Shown in pieces: positions 1 to 9,727 of a DNA stretch of 32,000 nucleotides (the stretch's first letter is position 1; the number at the start of each line of letters is the position of its first letter). A program made the position numbers and the translations under genes. Source of the stretch: Prochlorococcus sp. MIT 0801 (lineage in GTDB: Bacteria; Cyanobacteriota; Cyanobacteriia; PCC-6307; Cyanobiaceae). The notes under the pieces were generated by a model. It did not search any database. It was not told the DNA's origin and was given only the letters and a program-made list of their open reading frames with translations. The DNA lies in assembly GCF_000757865.1 (NCBI RefSeq), contig NZ_CP007754.1, positions 690,001 to 722,000 on the forward strand, given 5' to 3'.

Positions 1-2114
1 GCAGCTGAAATATAACCTTTATTTTCATTGATAGAGCTATGAAGAGCTTTAGCTAAACCCTCTATCTCATTTTCTCTAAATTCAATAGTGGCAGAAGTGT
101 TGTGGTCAGTGTAGTTTGTTTGAACTTGCATATAAAAATCAAATTGTGCAAGAGCTGAGAAGTTGTTGATATCTATTTGATCCGCACCAGGTATGTTTGC
201 CCAACTTACCTCAGTCGGAATTTCAACTAGCCACTCAGTACATTTCGGATCAAATGGATTGTCTAGTAATTTCCCATTTTCATCTTTATCTGACTGAGAA
301 GGAACGATTGTGTATCCATAATCCATGCATGCTAACGCTACTGGATCGTTCTTCCTAAAAGTAATTCTTCTAATAAAACGCTGAGCTTTTGGAGGATGCC
401 AGCCTGGTGAAGCCCCTGTTAGAAGACTTTTTGTTCCCGCAGGTTGAACTGTCGTACAACGACTTGGACGGCGAATATTATGCCTATCACAATACTCAAA
501 AACTGTATCGTTGACGATCTTCCTCCATCGGCTCAAAAAAGTAGCCTCTTTGAGTTTAAAATCCTTTCCTTCTTTTGTCTCAGGTCGTCCAGCTTCCCAC
601 CATTTTAACCATGAAGTCCCAAAGGCATGAACAAAAAAGTCAAAAAGTCCTGTGAAACTGACCCCAACAATGGGATCCCATTCGCGACTTTTTCTGTATC
701 GCTCTACTTCAAATCGATGATTAAGGAGACAGGCTACTGACAAAGCTGCTGCTTTGAAAGCATCTTCTTGTTGATTTATGTCTAATGGATCAATTTGATT
801 AAGATGTATTTCTGCAAGATTACAGTGAAAATCTGAACCTAGAATTTCTCCGCAAGGATTAAGACCATATCTACTGAGTCTGTGAAAAAGTTCTTTATCA
901 TCAAATGGACCATAATTTGATTGAATCCATTTAGAGGCTTCTTCTTTCCCTTGGTCACAATAGATATCTATAAATTCATTCCTGAGTTCTACTGTTGAAA
1001 GTATGTCAGCATTTGAGCGGGCAATTGCCTCTGGTGCAAATTGAATAGCACCCTCCCCTGAATGAAATTGCTTAATAACGGCATCGACAAGAACTTCTAA
1101 TTCAGGTTTGGTGTGGTAAACACGAGTATGGTTAGCCATTCTTAATGCATCCTTCTCTGGGTCAATACTCCAATTACCATTTAAGTCTTGCTTCCATAAA
1201 TTTTCTTTAGCACCAGCAGCTTCTAAATCTTGCGAAGAAAATTGGCGCATACCTGCACTTCGTCTGATGTTACCAGCAACGATTGTTACGGCTGCTTCGT
1301 CGATAAGTAGACAACATTCAATTGAAGTTAGTTTTCTTCCTTCTGCTTTGTTCAAAAGAGTTGCCACACGTGGGTATAAATCTTTGAGTTTTACAGGGTT
1401 CGCCATGCCTCCGAAACCTTTGAGTGATTCACCCGCTGGCCTTACATCTTTTAAGTCAATAGATACATTAACAACTTTAGAATTGAAACTATTGTCACTG
1501 CTTAATTCAAGAATCTTTTGGTAGCTATCAACCCATCCACGTCTACTATCCCCAACTTTTATTAGTACATTGTTATCTTGAATAGAAAATGTAGTCTTTT
1601 CATTTCTTTCTTCAGAAGGGGTTAATCCAATATCTGTAACATTTGCAATATTAATTCTATTTCTAACCTCTGGCAGTTGATCAATCAAGTGAGGTTCAAT
1701 TATCGCACCCGTTCCACAACCCATCATGGCTAAATCCATCATAAGTCCAAAGGCTTGCCAATCAACAAGATTCGTTGAGGTGCAATTGTAGGCTCCAGAA
1801 AAATTCTTCTCTTTTTCAATCCATTCTGTCCCCCCTATCCAAAGCCATCTACCTGAGGGAAGAGCTTTTTTTTCTTGTTGCATTCTTTGCATTAAATTTA
1901 TTTCTGCTTCGTTTAGTCCCCCAAGCTTCTTTAGACCATCTAAGTTTCTTATATTTACTTGTTCCCAGCTTTCACGACCAGCTGGAAGTTTCCTGCTATA
2001 AGTTCTGTAAAAGACAGGATTGGCTGCAGGTGCAGTTATCGGAAAATCAGTTGTAACATTTCTTTTACCCGATGCTGAATTATTCGTTTCGGGCTGGCTT
2101 GTTGCGATTGTCAA
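1..2114 (-). CDS. nrdJ: Class II (adenosylcobalamin-dependent) ribonucleotide reductase, N-terminal ~704 codons; the 3' end lies beyond the window start
   Basis: Hand translation of the minus strand gives one uninterrupted frame from TTG (complement of 2112-2114) down to position 1. An in-frame TAA lies just upstream, with no ATG or GTG between it and the TTG. The frame contains the RNR thiyl-radical loop LNPCGEILGSDFHCNLAEIHL and TVQPAGTKSLLTGASPGWHPP. It is absent from the ORF track because it is open-ended. Confidence 0.85.
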   Translation of the reverse strand, partial: MTIATSQPETNNSASGKRNVTTDFPITAPAANPVFYRTYSRKLPAGRESWEQVNIRNLDGLKKLGGLNEAEINLMQRMQQEKKALPSGRWLWIGGTEWIEKEKNFSGAYNCTSTNLVDWQAFGLMMDLAMMGCGTGAIIEPHLIDQLPEVRNRINIANVTDIGLTPSEERNEKTTFSIQDNNVLIKVGDSRRGWVDSYQKILELSSDNSFNSKVVNVSIDLKDVRPAGESLKGFGGMANPVKLKDLYPRVATLLNKAEGRKLTSIECCLLIDEAAVTIVAGNIRRSAGMRQFSSQDLEAAGAKENLWKQDLNGNWSIDPEKDALRMANHTRVYHTKPELEVLVDAVIKQFHSGEGAIQFAPEAIARSNADILSTVELRNEFIDIYCDQGKEEASKWIQSNYGPFDDKELFHRLSRYGLNPCGEILGSDFHCNLAEIHLNQIDPLDINQQEDAFKAAALSVACLLNHRFEVERYRKSREWDPIVGVSFTGLFDFFVHAFGTSWLKWWEAGRPETKEGKDFKLKEATFLSRWRKIVNDTVFEYCDRHNIRRPSRCTTVQPAGTKSLLTGASPGWHPPKAQRFIRRITFRKNDPVALACMDYGYTIVPSQSDKDENGKLLDNPFDPKCTEWLVEIPTEVSWANIPGADQIDINNFSALAQFDFYMQVQTNYTDHNTSATIEFRENEIEGLAKALHSSINENKGYISA

Positions 2115-2227
2115 AATCTTTGTACCCCTTTTGTATGTTTTACATTAACTCCATCTATAGCGTTGGCAAGTTTTTTTAACACCATCTGCAGGGGTCTTCA
2201 AGGAAAAGAAAATTCTTTATTTTAGCA

Positions 2228-2911
2228 ATGAAGCGAACACCGGAACCAGAACTCATGCAAAGCCCCTCGCAGGTAAGGGCTTACGCGGATGCGGATTTCT
2301 CTAGGAGTGATTCTATGGTGATTAAATCGCTTGACAAATATTTAAAAAAAATAGGAAAAACTCTCAATAAAACTGATCTAATTTTTGATATAGCATGTGG
2401 GCCAGGAAATATTTCAGAGAGAATTGCTAAGAATTGGCCTTTCGTAACCGTTGTAGGAATTGATGGCTCAAAGGAAATGTTGAATGAAGCAGAAAACAAA
2501 CTTTCCAAAAAATTTACGAAGAATCTCTCTTATCAATTGATTGAAATTAATTCAATAGCCAAAGGTGAAACACATTTTCCTCTTAGAGCTGATGTACTTG
2601 TCAGTAATAGCGCCTTGCATCATTTTCATGACCCTTATAGGTTTTGGGGTGCATTAAAAAAACTTGGTAAAACCAAATGTATTCATATTCATCGTGATTT
2701 AATAAGGCCTACTTCTTTAGAAAAAGCATTTGAGATAAAAGAAAAACATCTTTCAGATTCCCCAGAAATTCTAAAAAAGGATTTTTATGCATCTCTCAAG
2801 GCATCATTTACAGTTGATGAAGTAACTCAACAGCTAATTGATGCAGGGTTATCTCAATTAGAGGTTCTTCAAGTTGATGAGCTTTATTTTGAGATTATTG
2901 GGTGTATTTAA
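2228..2911 (+). CDS. Class I SAM-dependent methyltransferase, substrate unknown
   Basis: 227-aa ORF with SAM-binding motif I (IFDIACGPGN) and an acidic post-I loop (VVGIDGS). Divergent from nrdJ across a 113-nt spacer. Confidence 0.7.
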   Translation: MKRTPEPELMQSPSQVRAYADADFSRSDSMVIKSLDKYLKKIGKTLNKTDLIFDIACGPGNISERIAKNWPFVTVVGIDGSKEMLNEAENKLSKKFTKNLSYQLIEINSIAKGETHFPLRADVLVSNSALHHFHDPYRFWGALKKLGKTKCIHIHRDLIRPTSLEKAFEIKEKHLSDSPEILKKDFYASLKASFTVDEVTQQLIDAGLSQLEVLQVDELYFEIIGCI

Positions 2912-2947
2912 TCTTTGCCCTGAACAAATGAACAACCAAAAACAATA

Positions 2948-4615
2948 ATGAAATCAACTCCCCAAGACAAGACTAATTTAGATCCAAATTTAGAAGAAGA
3001 ATTAACTGTATCTTTAAGTACGGAGGTTAGTAAAAGAAGAAATTTTGCGATTATTTCCCACCCTGATGCAGGGAAAACTACTTTGACAGAAAAACTTTTA
3101 CTTTATGGCGGAGCTATTCAACAAGCAGGAGCTGTAAAAGCAAGAGGAGAACAGAGAAAAGTTACTTCCGATTGGATGGAGATTGAAAAACAAAGAGGTA
3201 TATCAATTACATCAACTGTTTTACAATTTGCTTATAAAGATAAGACGATAAATTTATTAGACACTCCTGGCCACCAAGACTTCTCGGAAGATACATATAG
3301 GACACTTGCCGCAGCTGATAATGCTGTAATGCTTGAGGATGCAGCGAAAGGTCTTGAACCTCAAACAAGGAAGCTTTTTGAGGTTTGCAGAATGCGTCAG
3401 ATACCAATTTTTACATTTATCAACAAGATGGATAGGCCAGGTCAAGAACCGCTGGAATTATTAGATGAGATTGAGTCTGAATTAGGATTGTCAACCTTTG
3501 CAGTCAATTGGCCAATAGGGAGTGGTGAGCTTTTTAGAGGTGTTGTTGAGCGAGCAACCAAAGAAGTTGTTTTATTTTCTAGAGCGGAAAGGGGGAAGCA
3601 ATCTAATGAAATAAGGTTGGAAATCAATGATCCGGAACTTAAAAACTTAGTAGAAGAAGAGCTATTGACAAAAGCACTTGAAGAGATTGAGATTCTGGAT
3701 GAGGCTGGTTGTGACTTAAATCAAGAATTAATCTTATCTGGCGAATTAACTCCTGTGTTTTTTGGATCTGCAATGACCAACTTCGGGGTTAGGCCATTTT
3801 TAGATAATTTTCTTGAGCTATCTCAGGGACCTGTAGCTCGAAATAGCTTTGATGGGCCAGTAGTTCCTACAAGAGAATCATTTAGTGGATTTGTATTTAA
3901 ATTACAAGCAAATATGGATCCAAAACATAGGGATAGAGTTGCCTTCGTGCGTGTATGTAGTGGGAGGTTCAAAAAAGATATGACAGTTCAACACGCTAGG
4001 ACAGGTAAACAAATCAGACTCTCAAGACCCCAAAAGATTTTTGGTCAAGATAGGGCTGTTGTTGATGATGCTTATCCTGGGGATGTTATTGGTTTGAATA
4101 ACCCGGGAATGTTTTCTATTGGAGATACGTTATTTATAGGACCTAGAGTTGAATTCGAGGGGATCCCGTGTTTTAGCCCTGAGATATTTAGTTGGTTAAG
4201 AAATCCAAATCCTTCAGCTTTTAAAAACTTTAGGAAAGGAGTAAATGAATTAAGAGAGGAGGGAGCAGTCCAAATTCTTTATGATAAAGATCAAAGTAAA
4301 AGAGATCCAATTCTGGCCGCAGTTGGTCAGCTTCAGCTTGAGGTAGTACAGCATCGACTTGCTAGTGAATATGGAGTAGAAACTAGACTTGAACCGATGG
4401 GTTATCAAGTCGCCAGATGGGTAAAAGGGGGATGGCCTGTTTTAGAGGATGTTGGAAGAATTTTTAATTGCAAAACTGTTCAAGACGCTTGGCTTAGACC
4501 AGTACTGCTTTTTAAAAATGAATGGAATCTTAATCAGTTAAAGGAAGATCATCCTGAAATGGAATTAAACTCAGTTGCTCCAGTTGTTAGTGGTGTTGAT
4601 CCTGTTTCCCTCTAA
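2948..4615 (+). CDS. prfC: Peptide chain release factor 3 (translational GTPase)
   Basis: 555 aa. G1 [19 protein letters not shown]3 DTPGHQDF, G4 NKMD. Length and C-terminal domains are typical of RF3. Confidence 0.93.
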   Translation: MKSTPQDKTNLDPNLEEELTVSLSTEVSKRRNFAIISHPDAGKTTLTEKLLLYGGAIQQAGAVKARGEQRKVTSDWMEIEKQRGISITSTVLQFAYKDKTINLLDTPGHQDFSEDTYRTLAAADNAVMLEDAAKGLEPQTRKLFEVCRMRQIPIFTFINKMDRPGQEPLELLDEIESELGLSTFAVNWPIGSGELFRGVVERATKEVVLFSRAERGKQSNEIRLEINDPELKNLVEEELLTKALEEIEILDEAGCDLNQELILSGELTPVFFGSAMTNFGVRPFLDNFLELSQGPVARNSFDGPVVPTRESFSGFVFKLQANMDPKHRDRVAFVRVCSGRFKKDMTVQHARTGKQIRLSRPQKIFGQDRAVVDDAYPGDVIGLNNPGMFSIGDTLFIGPRVEFEGIPCFSPEIFSWLRNPNPSAFKNFRKGVNELREEGAVQILYDKDQSKRDPILAAVGQLQLEVVQHRLASEYGVETRLEPMGYQVARWVKGGWPVLEDVGRIFNCKTVQDAWLRPVLLFKNEWNLNQLKEDHPEMELNSVAPVVSGVDPVSL

Positions 4616-4670
4616 AGTAGATTAAAATCTAATCTTAAAGAGAATTCATAAATCTTTTTTTGCAAAATCT

Positions 4671-5360
4671 ATGGATCCTGGTAGCAATTCACAATCAAAT
4701 TCAAACTCACAAGATCCATATTTGATTCTTGGAATAAATGAGGGTGCAAGTTTTGATGCTATTCAAGAAGCAAGAGATAAAAAGTTAATAGATGTGGGTG
4801 ATGACCAAATTACTAAAGCAAAAATTGAAGCTGCTTATGATTCGTTGCTAATGATAAGTCTTAAATCAAGACAACTTGGTAATGCAAGTAATGAGGCAAT
4901 AAATGCATCAAATAAAGAAAATGAAGCTAAGAAGGTTGGTGATATAGGACCTGGTTCGCTTCTAACTAGGTTGAAAAATTTAAATCTTCCTAAAAACGAG
5001 GCTTCAACATCTAACTTTTTACCAAAATTAGAGTTGCCCTCTGGACAAGACTTAAATATACGGATAGCTCTTGGAATATTGGCTTTTTTACTTGTTTTAA
5101 TTGTACCTTCTGAAAGTGTTGAATTAATACTTTCAGTTTCAACAATAGGCTTATTTATTAGTCAGTCACGTAGAGGTAGGCCTTTCTTTTCTTCTATTAT
5201 TTGGTGCATTATTCTGCTTAGCATTGGACTTTTATCTGGTGCATTATTTATGGGTGGTGCTCAATCATTTATTGATAACGCTGGATCATTATCTTCAGAC
5301 AAATTTGAGGCGATACCAGCAGTATTTTTGCTTTGGTTAGGAGTGATTTTTCTTGATTAA
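4671..5360 (+). CDS. J-like-domain membrane protein (CPP1/DUF3353-like, lacks an HPD motif)
   Basis: The N-terminus DPYLILGINEGASFDAIQEARDKK resembles a J-domain helix but has no HPD. The C-terminal half has about three hydrophobic helices. Family name is from memory. Confidence 0.55.
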   Translation: MDPGSNSQSNSNSQDPYLILGINEGASFDAIQEARDKKLIDVGDDQITKAKIEAAYDSLLMISLKSRQLGNASNEAINASNKENEAKKVGDIGPGSLLTRLKNLNLPKNEASTSNFLPKLELPSGQDLNIRIALGILAFLLVLIVPSESVELILSVSTIGLFISQSRRGRPFFSSIIWCIILLSIGLLSGALFMGGAQSFIDNAGSLSSDKFEAIPAVFLLWLGVIFLD

Positions 5361-5364
5361 TCGT

Positions 5365-6264
5365 CTAATCGATCAAAGTTATCAATTCGTCCTCTTTAAC
5401 AAGATAAACATTTTTGCAGAATTGACATGTTAGTTCTGCTTTCCCGTCCTCCTTTATCATTTTCTGAAGTTCATCTTTCCCCAAAATCTTTAACGCTGTT
5501 ATGCTTCTTTCTCTTGAGCATCTACATTTAAAACTAACTTCCTGAGATGTGCTAATAATATCTGAGGGTGATTGATCAAGATCAGGAAAAATCTCTTCAA
5601 TAAGAGAAATAAGGTTATTCCCTTTTTTGTTTAATAACTCACTAAAAGAATTAATCTCTTTACATCGATCTTCAAGTAAGTCTATCAATGAATAGTCTCG
5701 CTCTGCTTTCGGTAGTATTTGTGCTAAAAGCCCTCCGCTACAAACTATTCCATCCTGATTAATTCTTTCTCCAACAAAAACAGCTGAGGGCGTTTGTTCA
5801 GAATGTAATAAATAGGAAGCTATGTCTTCACCTATCCCTCCATTAATTAATTCAACTGTACTGTTGTGTGGTTCGCCTTTCCCATCATCTCTAATAACGT
5901 GAAGATATCCAATACCAGTAGCTTTTTTAAAATCAAATGAATAGTGATTGCTTTTATTTTTAATTAGGTCTAATTCAAGTCTTGGATCGCCAACGTAACC
6001 TCTAACACTTCCATCTCTACCCGCATCAATAGTTAATCCTTTTAGTGGTCCATTTGAGCTTATCCTCAAAGTCACTCTTCCATGATTTACCTTCATAGAG
6101 CTTGCTAGCAAAAGGCTTGCACTCATAGCCCTACCTACAATTGCAGAAGTTAAATATGAAAGAGAATGTCTTTCTTTTGCTTCTTTTGTGGCTTCAGTTG
6201 TTGATACGGCGACTAGTCTGATCCCTCCTTTTGCAGCAGTAGCTCTAACTAGTGAATCTGTCAT
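5365..6264 (-). CDS. hslO: Redox-regulated chaperone Hsp33
   Basis: 299 aa with the C-terminal zinc/redox switch CRCSRE...CQFC. The N-terminal [14 protein letters not shown] is typical of Hsp33. Confidence 0.92.
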   Translation of the reverse strand: MTDSLVRATAAKGGIRLVAVSTTEATKEAKERHSLSYLTSAIVGRAMSASLLLASSMKVNHGRVTLRISSNGPLKGLTIDAGRDGSVRGYVGDPRLELDLIKNKSNHYSFDFKKATGIGYLHVIRDDGKGEPHNSTVELINGGIGEDIASYLLHSEQTPSAVFVGERINQDGIVCSGGLLAQILPKAERDYSLIDLLEDRCKEINSFSELLNKKGNNLISLIEEIFPDLDQSPSDIISTSQEVSFKCRCSRERSITALKILGKDELQKMIKEDGKAELTCQFCKNVYLVKEDELITLID

Positions 6265-6280
6265 TGATTAGTTGGATTGT

Positions 6281-6907
6281 TTATTGAGGGATAAGTTGAC
6301 CATTCTGCAACTCGTAATTGTCGGTATTCAAATTTTTAAAAAGTTCGGGTTCATGGGTAACTATTAGAATAGTTTGATTGTCTTTAAGCTTCGCGAGTAA
6401 TTCTATAATTCCGTTTCTCACTGACCAATCTAAACCAGCTGTTGGCTCGTCCAATAAAAGTACTTTTGGACTCCTTAATAGTTGAACAGCAATAGCTAGT
6501 CGTCGTTGTTGCCCTCCACTAAGAGATTCTGGCGGCTTCTTTAAATCTAAGTTGATTAACCCCACTTTTGTGAGAGTTGAAATTTGTTCTTCAGTCGTTA
6601 ACCTCTTGTGCCCAAGACGTAATTCTTGAGCTACGGATAATCCAAGAAAATATCTTTCTGGAAATTGAAAAACTAATCCACATAACCACCTGCGCTTACG
6701 TGCATTTAGAGGTTTGTTAAACCATGTTATCTCTCCTTTCTGATGTCCGGATAGACCGCTAATGATTTCTACTAATGTAGTTTTTCCACTTCCGCTTGCC
6801 CCTCTAACAATTGTGATTTTCCCAGTCTTTGATTTTAAACACAAATCTCTTAGGATTGGTTCCTCTGCTGTCGAGGGATGGTAATAAATATTTTTTAAAC
6901 TAAGCAT
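6281..6907 (-). CDS. ABC transporter ATP-binding protein with no adjacent permease
   Basis: Walker A GASGSGKTT, signature LSGGQQRR, Walker B LLLDEPTAGLD, H-loop VTHE. Confidence 0.88.
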   Translation of the reverse strand: MLSLKNIYYHPSTAEEPILRDLCLKSKTGKITIVRGASGSGKTTLVEIISGLSGHQKGEITWFNKPLNARKRRWLCGLVFQFPERYFLGLSVAQELRLGHKRLTTEEQISTLTKVGLINLDLKKPPESLSGGQQRRLAIAVQLLRSPKVLLLDEPTAGLDWSVRNGIIELLAKLKDNQTILIVTHEPELFKNLNTDNYELQNGQLIPQ

Positions 6908-7022
6908 TCTTTTTTATTGAGGCTTTGATCAAATAAATAATGATTTTTCTATTTTCTTTAATCAATTTACATTAGATTATGTTTGATATCTTTTAGTTTT
7001 TCTTTTTCAAGATCTATTGTTT

Positions 7023-7472
7023 ATGGAAGTTAGATTTCGTGAAGTTGATCCTTTCAATTGTTGGATATGGCTTAGATATTCAGGTGTTCCAAGTAAAGGA
7101 GAAAAAGATTACATTGATGGTATTTTTGATTCTTGGTATGTGCTAGGCCGACTTGGGGGATTTAATTCTGAAAATTTACAAACGCACGAAATGGGTGCTG
7201 ATGTCAGTTGGATGAGCTATGAAAATGACGATAGCTCTTCTAGCCTGCCATCATTAATGCATAATCTTGGAGAATTTGAATTTAATGAGTGTTGGGCTAG
7301 ATGCTGGGTCGATTTAGGCACTTCTGACCTCATAGCAATTGATATTTTGATAAATGTACTAAAACAAATGGATGTTGATGTTATGAAAATAGAGGAACTA
7401 ATTATCGGAGGAGTTAATGAAGATTGGCCAGTAGAGAAACATCCAGATGCAATTTTTTCTTCAACAGATTAA
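7023..7472 (+). CDS. Conserved cyanobacterial/plastid-lineage hypothetical protein (DUF3531-like, from memory)
   Basis: The track ORF starts at TTG 7017. ATG at 7023 (MEVRFREVDPFNCWIWL) is the more plausible start. Acidic, Trp-rich, no recognisable catalytic motif. Confidence 0.55.
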   Translation: MEVRFREVDPFNCWIWLRYSGVPSKGEKDYIDGIFDSWYVLGRLGGFNSENLQTHEMGADVSWMSYENDDSSSSLPSLMHNLGEFEFNECWARCWVDLGTSDLIAIDILINVLKQMDVDVMKIEELIIGGVNEDWPVEKHPDAIFSSTD

Positions 7473-7478
7473 TTTTCT

Positions 7479-8243
7479 ATGGCTGAGAAAAGAAGATTAT
7501 TTATAAAACTAAATCGATTAAGAGATGAAATCGATTCAAATGGAGAGTTGGAATTGACCTCTAATGAATCCCATTATTTACACAGGGTTATGAGGATGAG
7601 ATCGGAAGATCTTTTAGAAGTCATTGATGGAAAAGGTCATCTTTGGAACGCAAAAATTGTTGAAAAAAAAACTATAAAACTTACCAATGGTTTTGATAAG
7701 CCTCTTCGATTCGTTTCAAGAGAAAGACCATTAATAGGAATTGCTATAGTTATTCCTAAAAAGGGTTTTGAAAACTTTTTACAAATGAGTTGTGAGATAG
7801 GAGTTGATATTATTCAACCATTAATCTCAAAACGATCAGTAGTTAAAGAAAGCAATAGCGAGAAAACTATTAGATATAAAAAAATTATTTATGAAGCTGT
7901 TGAGCAATCTGAAAGACTCTGGAGTCCAGAATTAATGCAGGTATTGACATTTCCCAATTGGATAAATGATATGCCCTCGGGAACTCAAGTCGGATTTGCT
8001 GCAACACGTATTCAAGACTTGCAAGATTGTGTGACTTGGGTAAAAGAAACACCACATGATGTTAATCAAGTTTGGGTGGTAATTGGACCAGAGGGAGGCT
8101 GGAATAAAGATGAAGAGGAATTAGCTTTTGAAGCTGGCTTAGTTGGGGTTTCTATGGGCGAAACTATTTTGAGGACATCAACAGCTGCAGTAAGTGCTTG
8201 TCAAATAATGACTTCATGGAGAAGACTTAAATCATCCCTTTAA
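7479..8243 (+). CDS. rsmE: 16S rRNA (uracil1498-N3)-methyltransferase
   Basis: 254 aa. N-terminal PUA-like HYLHRVMRMR, C-terminal SPOUT knot motifs IGPEGGW and GETILRTSTA. Confidence 0.82.
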   Translation: MAEKRRLFIKLNRLRDEIDSNGELELTSNESHYLHRVMRMRSEDLLEVIDGKGHLWNAKIVEKKTIKLTNGFDKPLRFVSRERPLIGIAIVIPKKGFENFLQMSCEIGVDIIQPLISKRSVVKESNSEKTIRYKKIIYEAVEQSERLWSPELMQVLTFPNWINDMPSGTQVGFAATRIQDLQDCVTWVKETPHDVNQVWVVIGPEGGWNKDEEELAFEAGLVGVSMGETILRTSTAAVSACQIMTSWRRLKSSL

Positions 8244-8306
8244 GATTGAATATTTTTGATCATAAAAACGTCTATTGTTTAGAAATAGGTATTCTGAGTA
8301 GAAACG

Positions 8307-9050
8307 ATGGGTAACTTGTCTTTTGAAGGCGGTGTTTGGATTAATGCTTTTTTGATTAATTTCTTATTGATACTTTTGGGACAAAGGCTTCCCTTTTTAA
8401 CTAAGAAAGGTTGGATTCATGCTGGAATACTAGGAACACTTTTATTAGGATCTATTGGTTGGAATGGTTGGATATCAGTTTGTTCATATCTATTATTGGG
8501 AACGTTAGTTACAAAAATTGGATACAAAAATAAGGCTTCCCGAGGTATTGCTGAAGCCAGAGGTGGTCAACGCGGCCCTGAAAATGTTTGGGGGTCTGCA
8601 GCAACAGGTTGCTCACTTGCCTTATTCAGTTGCATTTGGCCAAATTTTTTAAATTTATTCATGGTGGGTTTTGCTTCTAGTTTCAGTGCAAAGCTTTCCG
8701 ATACTTTTTCAAGTGAAATTGGCAAAAGATTTGGTAAAAGAACTTTTCTAATAACTACTTTAAAGCAGGTATCACCAGGAACAGAGGGGGCAATAAGCAT
8801 CGAAGGTTCAATGGCTGGTTTGTTAGGAAGTTTTATTATGACTGTTTTTATGCTTAATCTATCGATCATTTCTGGACTATCTGTTGCTTTTATAGTCTTC
8901 TTTTCTGGTTATTTAGCAACTTTTTTGGAAAGTTATATAGGAGCACTAGTTCAAAATAAGATTGATTGGATGACTAATGAATTAGTTAATTCTATCCAGA
9001 CATCTATAGCCGCTATTATTTCTATCTTTTTATATTTGAAGTTTGTTTGA
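8307..9050 (+). CDS. DUF92/TMEM19-family integral membrane protein, the family of plant VTE6 phytyl-phosphate kinase
   Basis: 247 aa, polytopic. Conserved RGGQRGPENVWGS, SDTFSSEIGK and GTEGAISIEG blocks, recalled as typical of DUF92. Function is inferred from family only. Confidence 0.6.
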   Translation: MGNLSFEGGVWINAFLINFLLILLGQRLPFLTKKGWIHAGILGTLLLGSIGWNGWISVCSYLLLGTLVTKIGYKNKASRGIAEARGGQRGPENVWGSAATGCSLALFSCIWPNFLNLFMVGFASSFSAKLSDTFSSEIGKRFGKRTFLITTLKQVSPGTEGAISIEGSMAGLLGSFIMTVFMLNLSIISGLSVAFIVFFSGYLATFLESYIGALVQNKIDWMTNELVNSIQTSIAAIISIFLYLKFV

Positions 9051-9055
9051 AATGT

Positions 9056-9703
9056 TTATTTTAAATCAGCCCAATTCTTCAGTGCTGGCCATTCGCTAAT
9101 TTGGTCATAAATCCATTTATGACCCTTAGTATTTAGATGTATTCCATCTGATGAGAGTAATTCTTTAAATGATAATAGGTTGATCATTTTCTCATGGATA
9201 GATAAAAACGGAACATTTAATTCTAAGCAAGTTTCTTCAATTTTATTTTCATATTTAGAACAAGCTTGATTTGAATACCAAAGACATTCTGCAAAAGGCA
9301 TTGAGTCTTCATTAACAGGTGTTAATCCAAGAACCATTATATGTACTTCATTCTTAATTTCGTTTACTAATTGTTTTAAGCCAAATTTAAAAGCATCTTC
9401 GGAAAGTTGGGGCCTGCCATCTTTTCTCCCAATTCTAGCTGTATCGTTTAATCCAATTGATAGCAAAATACCTTCAGGAACTTTTCTCCTTAACTCTCCC
9501 CTTGTTGCCCACTCATTCTTATATCTTATAGCAACTTTCTCTAATCCATCTCCTCTTACTCCAAGGGAATAAATGATGGGTGCTCCATCTAAATTTAACC
9601 AGTTTTGTCTTAATCTCTCAGACCATCCCCCTCCCTCTAGATCTCCCCATCCATAAACCCCACTATCTCCAATTATGATTAATTTTTTCTGATATTTATT
9701 CAT
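9056..9703 (-). CDS. SGNH/GDSL-family hydrolase
   Basis: Block I IIIGDSGVYGWG, block III GLND, block V DGIHLN. Starts 24 nt downstream of the phnE stop on the same strand. Confidence 0.82.
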   Translation of the reverse strand: MNKYQKKLIIIGDSGVYGWGDLEGGGWSERLRQNWLNLDGAPIIYSLGVRGDGLEKVAIRYKNEWATRGELRRKVPEGILLSIGLNDTARIGRKDGRPQLSEDAFKFGLKQLVNEIKNEVHIMVLGLTPVNEDSMPFAECLWYSNQACSKYENKIEETCLELNVPFLSIHEKMINLLSFKELLSSDGIHLNTKGHKWIYDQISEWPALKNWADLK

Positions 9704-9727
9704 AAGTAGATATGTTGAATAAAATAA

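Noticed and set aside
1267-2056. Two plus-strand track ORFs (1267..1524, 1775..2056)
   Set aside because: Both lie entirely inside the continuous minus-strand nrdJ frame and translate to low-complexity, motif-free sequence. They are opposite-strand shadow ORFs.
2132-2162. Possible NrdR boxes upstream of nrdJ (TGTATGTTTTACA and CTCCATCTATAGCG)
   Set aside because: They are only partial palindromes, with about 10 of 14 matches to my recollection of the NrdR consensus. Centre-to-centre spacing is about 17 bp, not the usual multiple of helical turns. The evidence is not strong enough to call.
2281-3627. Minus-strand track ORFs 2281..2508, 3207..3407, 3257..3445 and 3442..3627
   Set aside because: They are antisense to the well-supported methyltransferase and prfC frames, mutually overlapping, and have no motifs. 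Such ORFs are typical in AT-rich DNA, where stop codons on the antisense strand are depleted in one frame.
8567-8869. Minus-strand 100-aa ORF inside the DUF92 gene
   Set aside because: It is fully embedded antisense in a coherent membrane-protein frame, with no independent support.
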